Assembly (NCBI GenBank): GCA_000635015.1
Contig: JFMR01000114.1
Coordinates: 10,164-74,163, forward strand
From: Prochlorococcus sp. scB243_498I20
Lineage (GTDB): Bacteria; Cyanobacteriota; Cyanobacteriia; PCC-6307; Cyanobiaceae
Direction: 5' to 3'
DNA length: 64,000 nucleotides
Each line of letters begins with the position of its first letter. The first letter of the stretch is position 1. The position numbers and the translations under genes are program-made. The notes under the pieces are model-generated. The model searched no databases. It saw only the letters and a program-made list of their open reading frames with translations, and had not been told where the DNA came from. Positions 63,097-64,000 of the stretch are shown piece by piece.

Positions 63097-64000
63097 TTAG
63101 ACACCTACTTCAAAGGCATTTTTTTGATGTCTAGCAACAGCAGCTTCGATAGATGCTTCACTAGTCCAACGGCCGTAAAAATTTAAATGTGTTGCGGGTG
63201 TATGACCCATTGCTTCGGCGGCATCTCGAATTGAGATTGGATTATCACTAGCTTTGTGAGCTATCCAAGCCCATCTATGACGAAGGGAATATGGCGTTAA
63301 TCCTTTAGTCTTTTTAGCTATCTGTTTCCAAATAATTGTTCTATTTAATTGTTGGGTTAATGTTGCACCAACATCAGCAAATCTTCTCTTTTTCTGAACC
63401 ATCTTAATTTGATTTTCGATCGCTTCTGGAAGTCCAACTAAACCGCTTTTATATTGTGCTACAAGCTCATTTCCTAGCCCTTCTCTGCCCAATATATCTA
63501 GTGCAAATACTCTACGAGGTGGATTCTTTTTGCCCTTATTCTGGACGTTTTTCTTGATACTTCCGACAAATAATTTATTACCATCTCTTACTTCAAGAGT
63601 GGCTAATTCTGAAAGTCTTAATCCATGCAATGCGATCAATCCGACCGCTAAATATAACTTAGGATTTGTCGCTTTTAGTGTGTCTAATAATATTGCTAAA
63701 TCAGCGTCAGATATTGGTGGAGTTACTGTATCTTCTGTAGTTCTAGTATTATCTCCGACCAGTTCTTTAGCTAAGTCTTTATGGGGTGGAAACCATCTTT
63801 CACTCATACCGTGGCGGTTGACTCCATATTCAAGAATTTTATAAACGGAATCTAAATATCTTTTTCTAGAATCTGAACCCGATGGAATATCATCAAAGAA
63901 ATTTTTAGCGTATTTTTTGACAAAATCTTCTCCCGAAGTTGGTGTAGGTTTTTTATTCATTACTTCTCTAAATCGATCAACTCTTCTAGTCCACTCCATA
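63097..64000 (-). CDS. Tyrosine recombinase/integrase (5' end outside window)
   Basis: HGLRLSEL (Arg), PYSLRH, AMGH, FY catalytic tyrosine near C-terminus. Confidence 0.92.
   Translation of the reverse strand, partial: MEWTRRVDRFREVMNKKPTPTSGEDFVKKYAKNFFDDIPSGSDSRKRYLDSVYKILEYGVNRHGMSERWFPPHKDLAKELVGDNTRTTEDTVTPPISDADLAILLDTLKATNPKLYLAVGLIALHGLRLSELATLEVRDGNKLFVGSIKKNVQNKGKKNPPRRVFALDILGREGLGNELVAQYKSGLVGLPEAIENQIKMVQKKRRFADVGATLTQQLNRTIIWKQIAKKTKGLTPYSLRHRWAWIAHKASDNPISIRDAAEAMGHTPATHLNFYGRWTSEASIEAAVARHQKNAFEVGV

Larger units (their letters stand above)
55185..64000. mobile_element. tRNA-Gly-targeted integrative element (tycheposon-like), continues past window end
   Basis: 3' tRNA-Gly fragment at left boundary, arm-like repeats, accessory cargo, tyrosine recombinase at right. 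Confidence 0.8.

Noticed and set aside
63530-63844. Plus-strand 104-aa ORF inside the integrase
   Set aside because: Antisense shadow, no independent support

Overview
AT-rich cyanobacterial chromosome segment. Gene content, order and low GC are typical of high-light Prochlorococcus (inference). Bases ~2.1-55.1 kb are syntenic core genes: purM, panC-cmk, ho1-pebA-pebB, icd, glgP, tRNA-Arg, rnpB, rnc, glmS, psaC, acpP-fabF-tktA, thiC with a TPP riboswitch, ruvB, smpB, lysS, srrA, mreBCD, ahcY, a group-2 sigma factor, mgtE, gyrB, miaA, infC, cysE and secA. Two accessory regions stand out. (1) A decayed ~1.8 kb element at tRNA-Cys (173-1986) has a degenerate 3' tRNA repeat and matching 11-bp-period arm repeats at both ends, and carries an orphan polysaccharide-export gene. 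(2) From 55185 to the window end lies a tRNA-Gly-targeted integrative, tycheposon-like element. It contains an internal tRNA-Pro att fragment and a divergent phosphonate module with Pho-box-like repeats (phnDCE + phosphonoacetate-hydrolase-like phnA, and a stand-alone phnZ without phnY/phnW). Directly downstream of a tyrosine recombinase it also carries an integron-like array of small ORF units. These are delimited by two repeat families: site A overlaps or abuts the stop codons, and site B precedes the start codons. The repeat-delimited array and the phnA+phnZ module are the best candidates for undescribed biology. All homology calls are from motif recognition; no database search was run.
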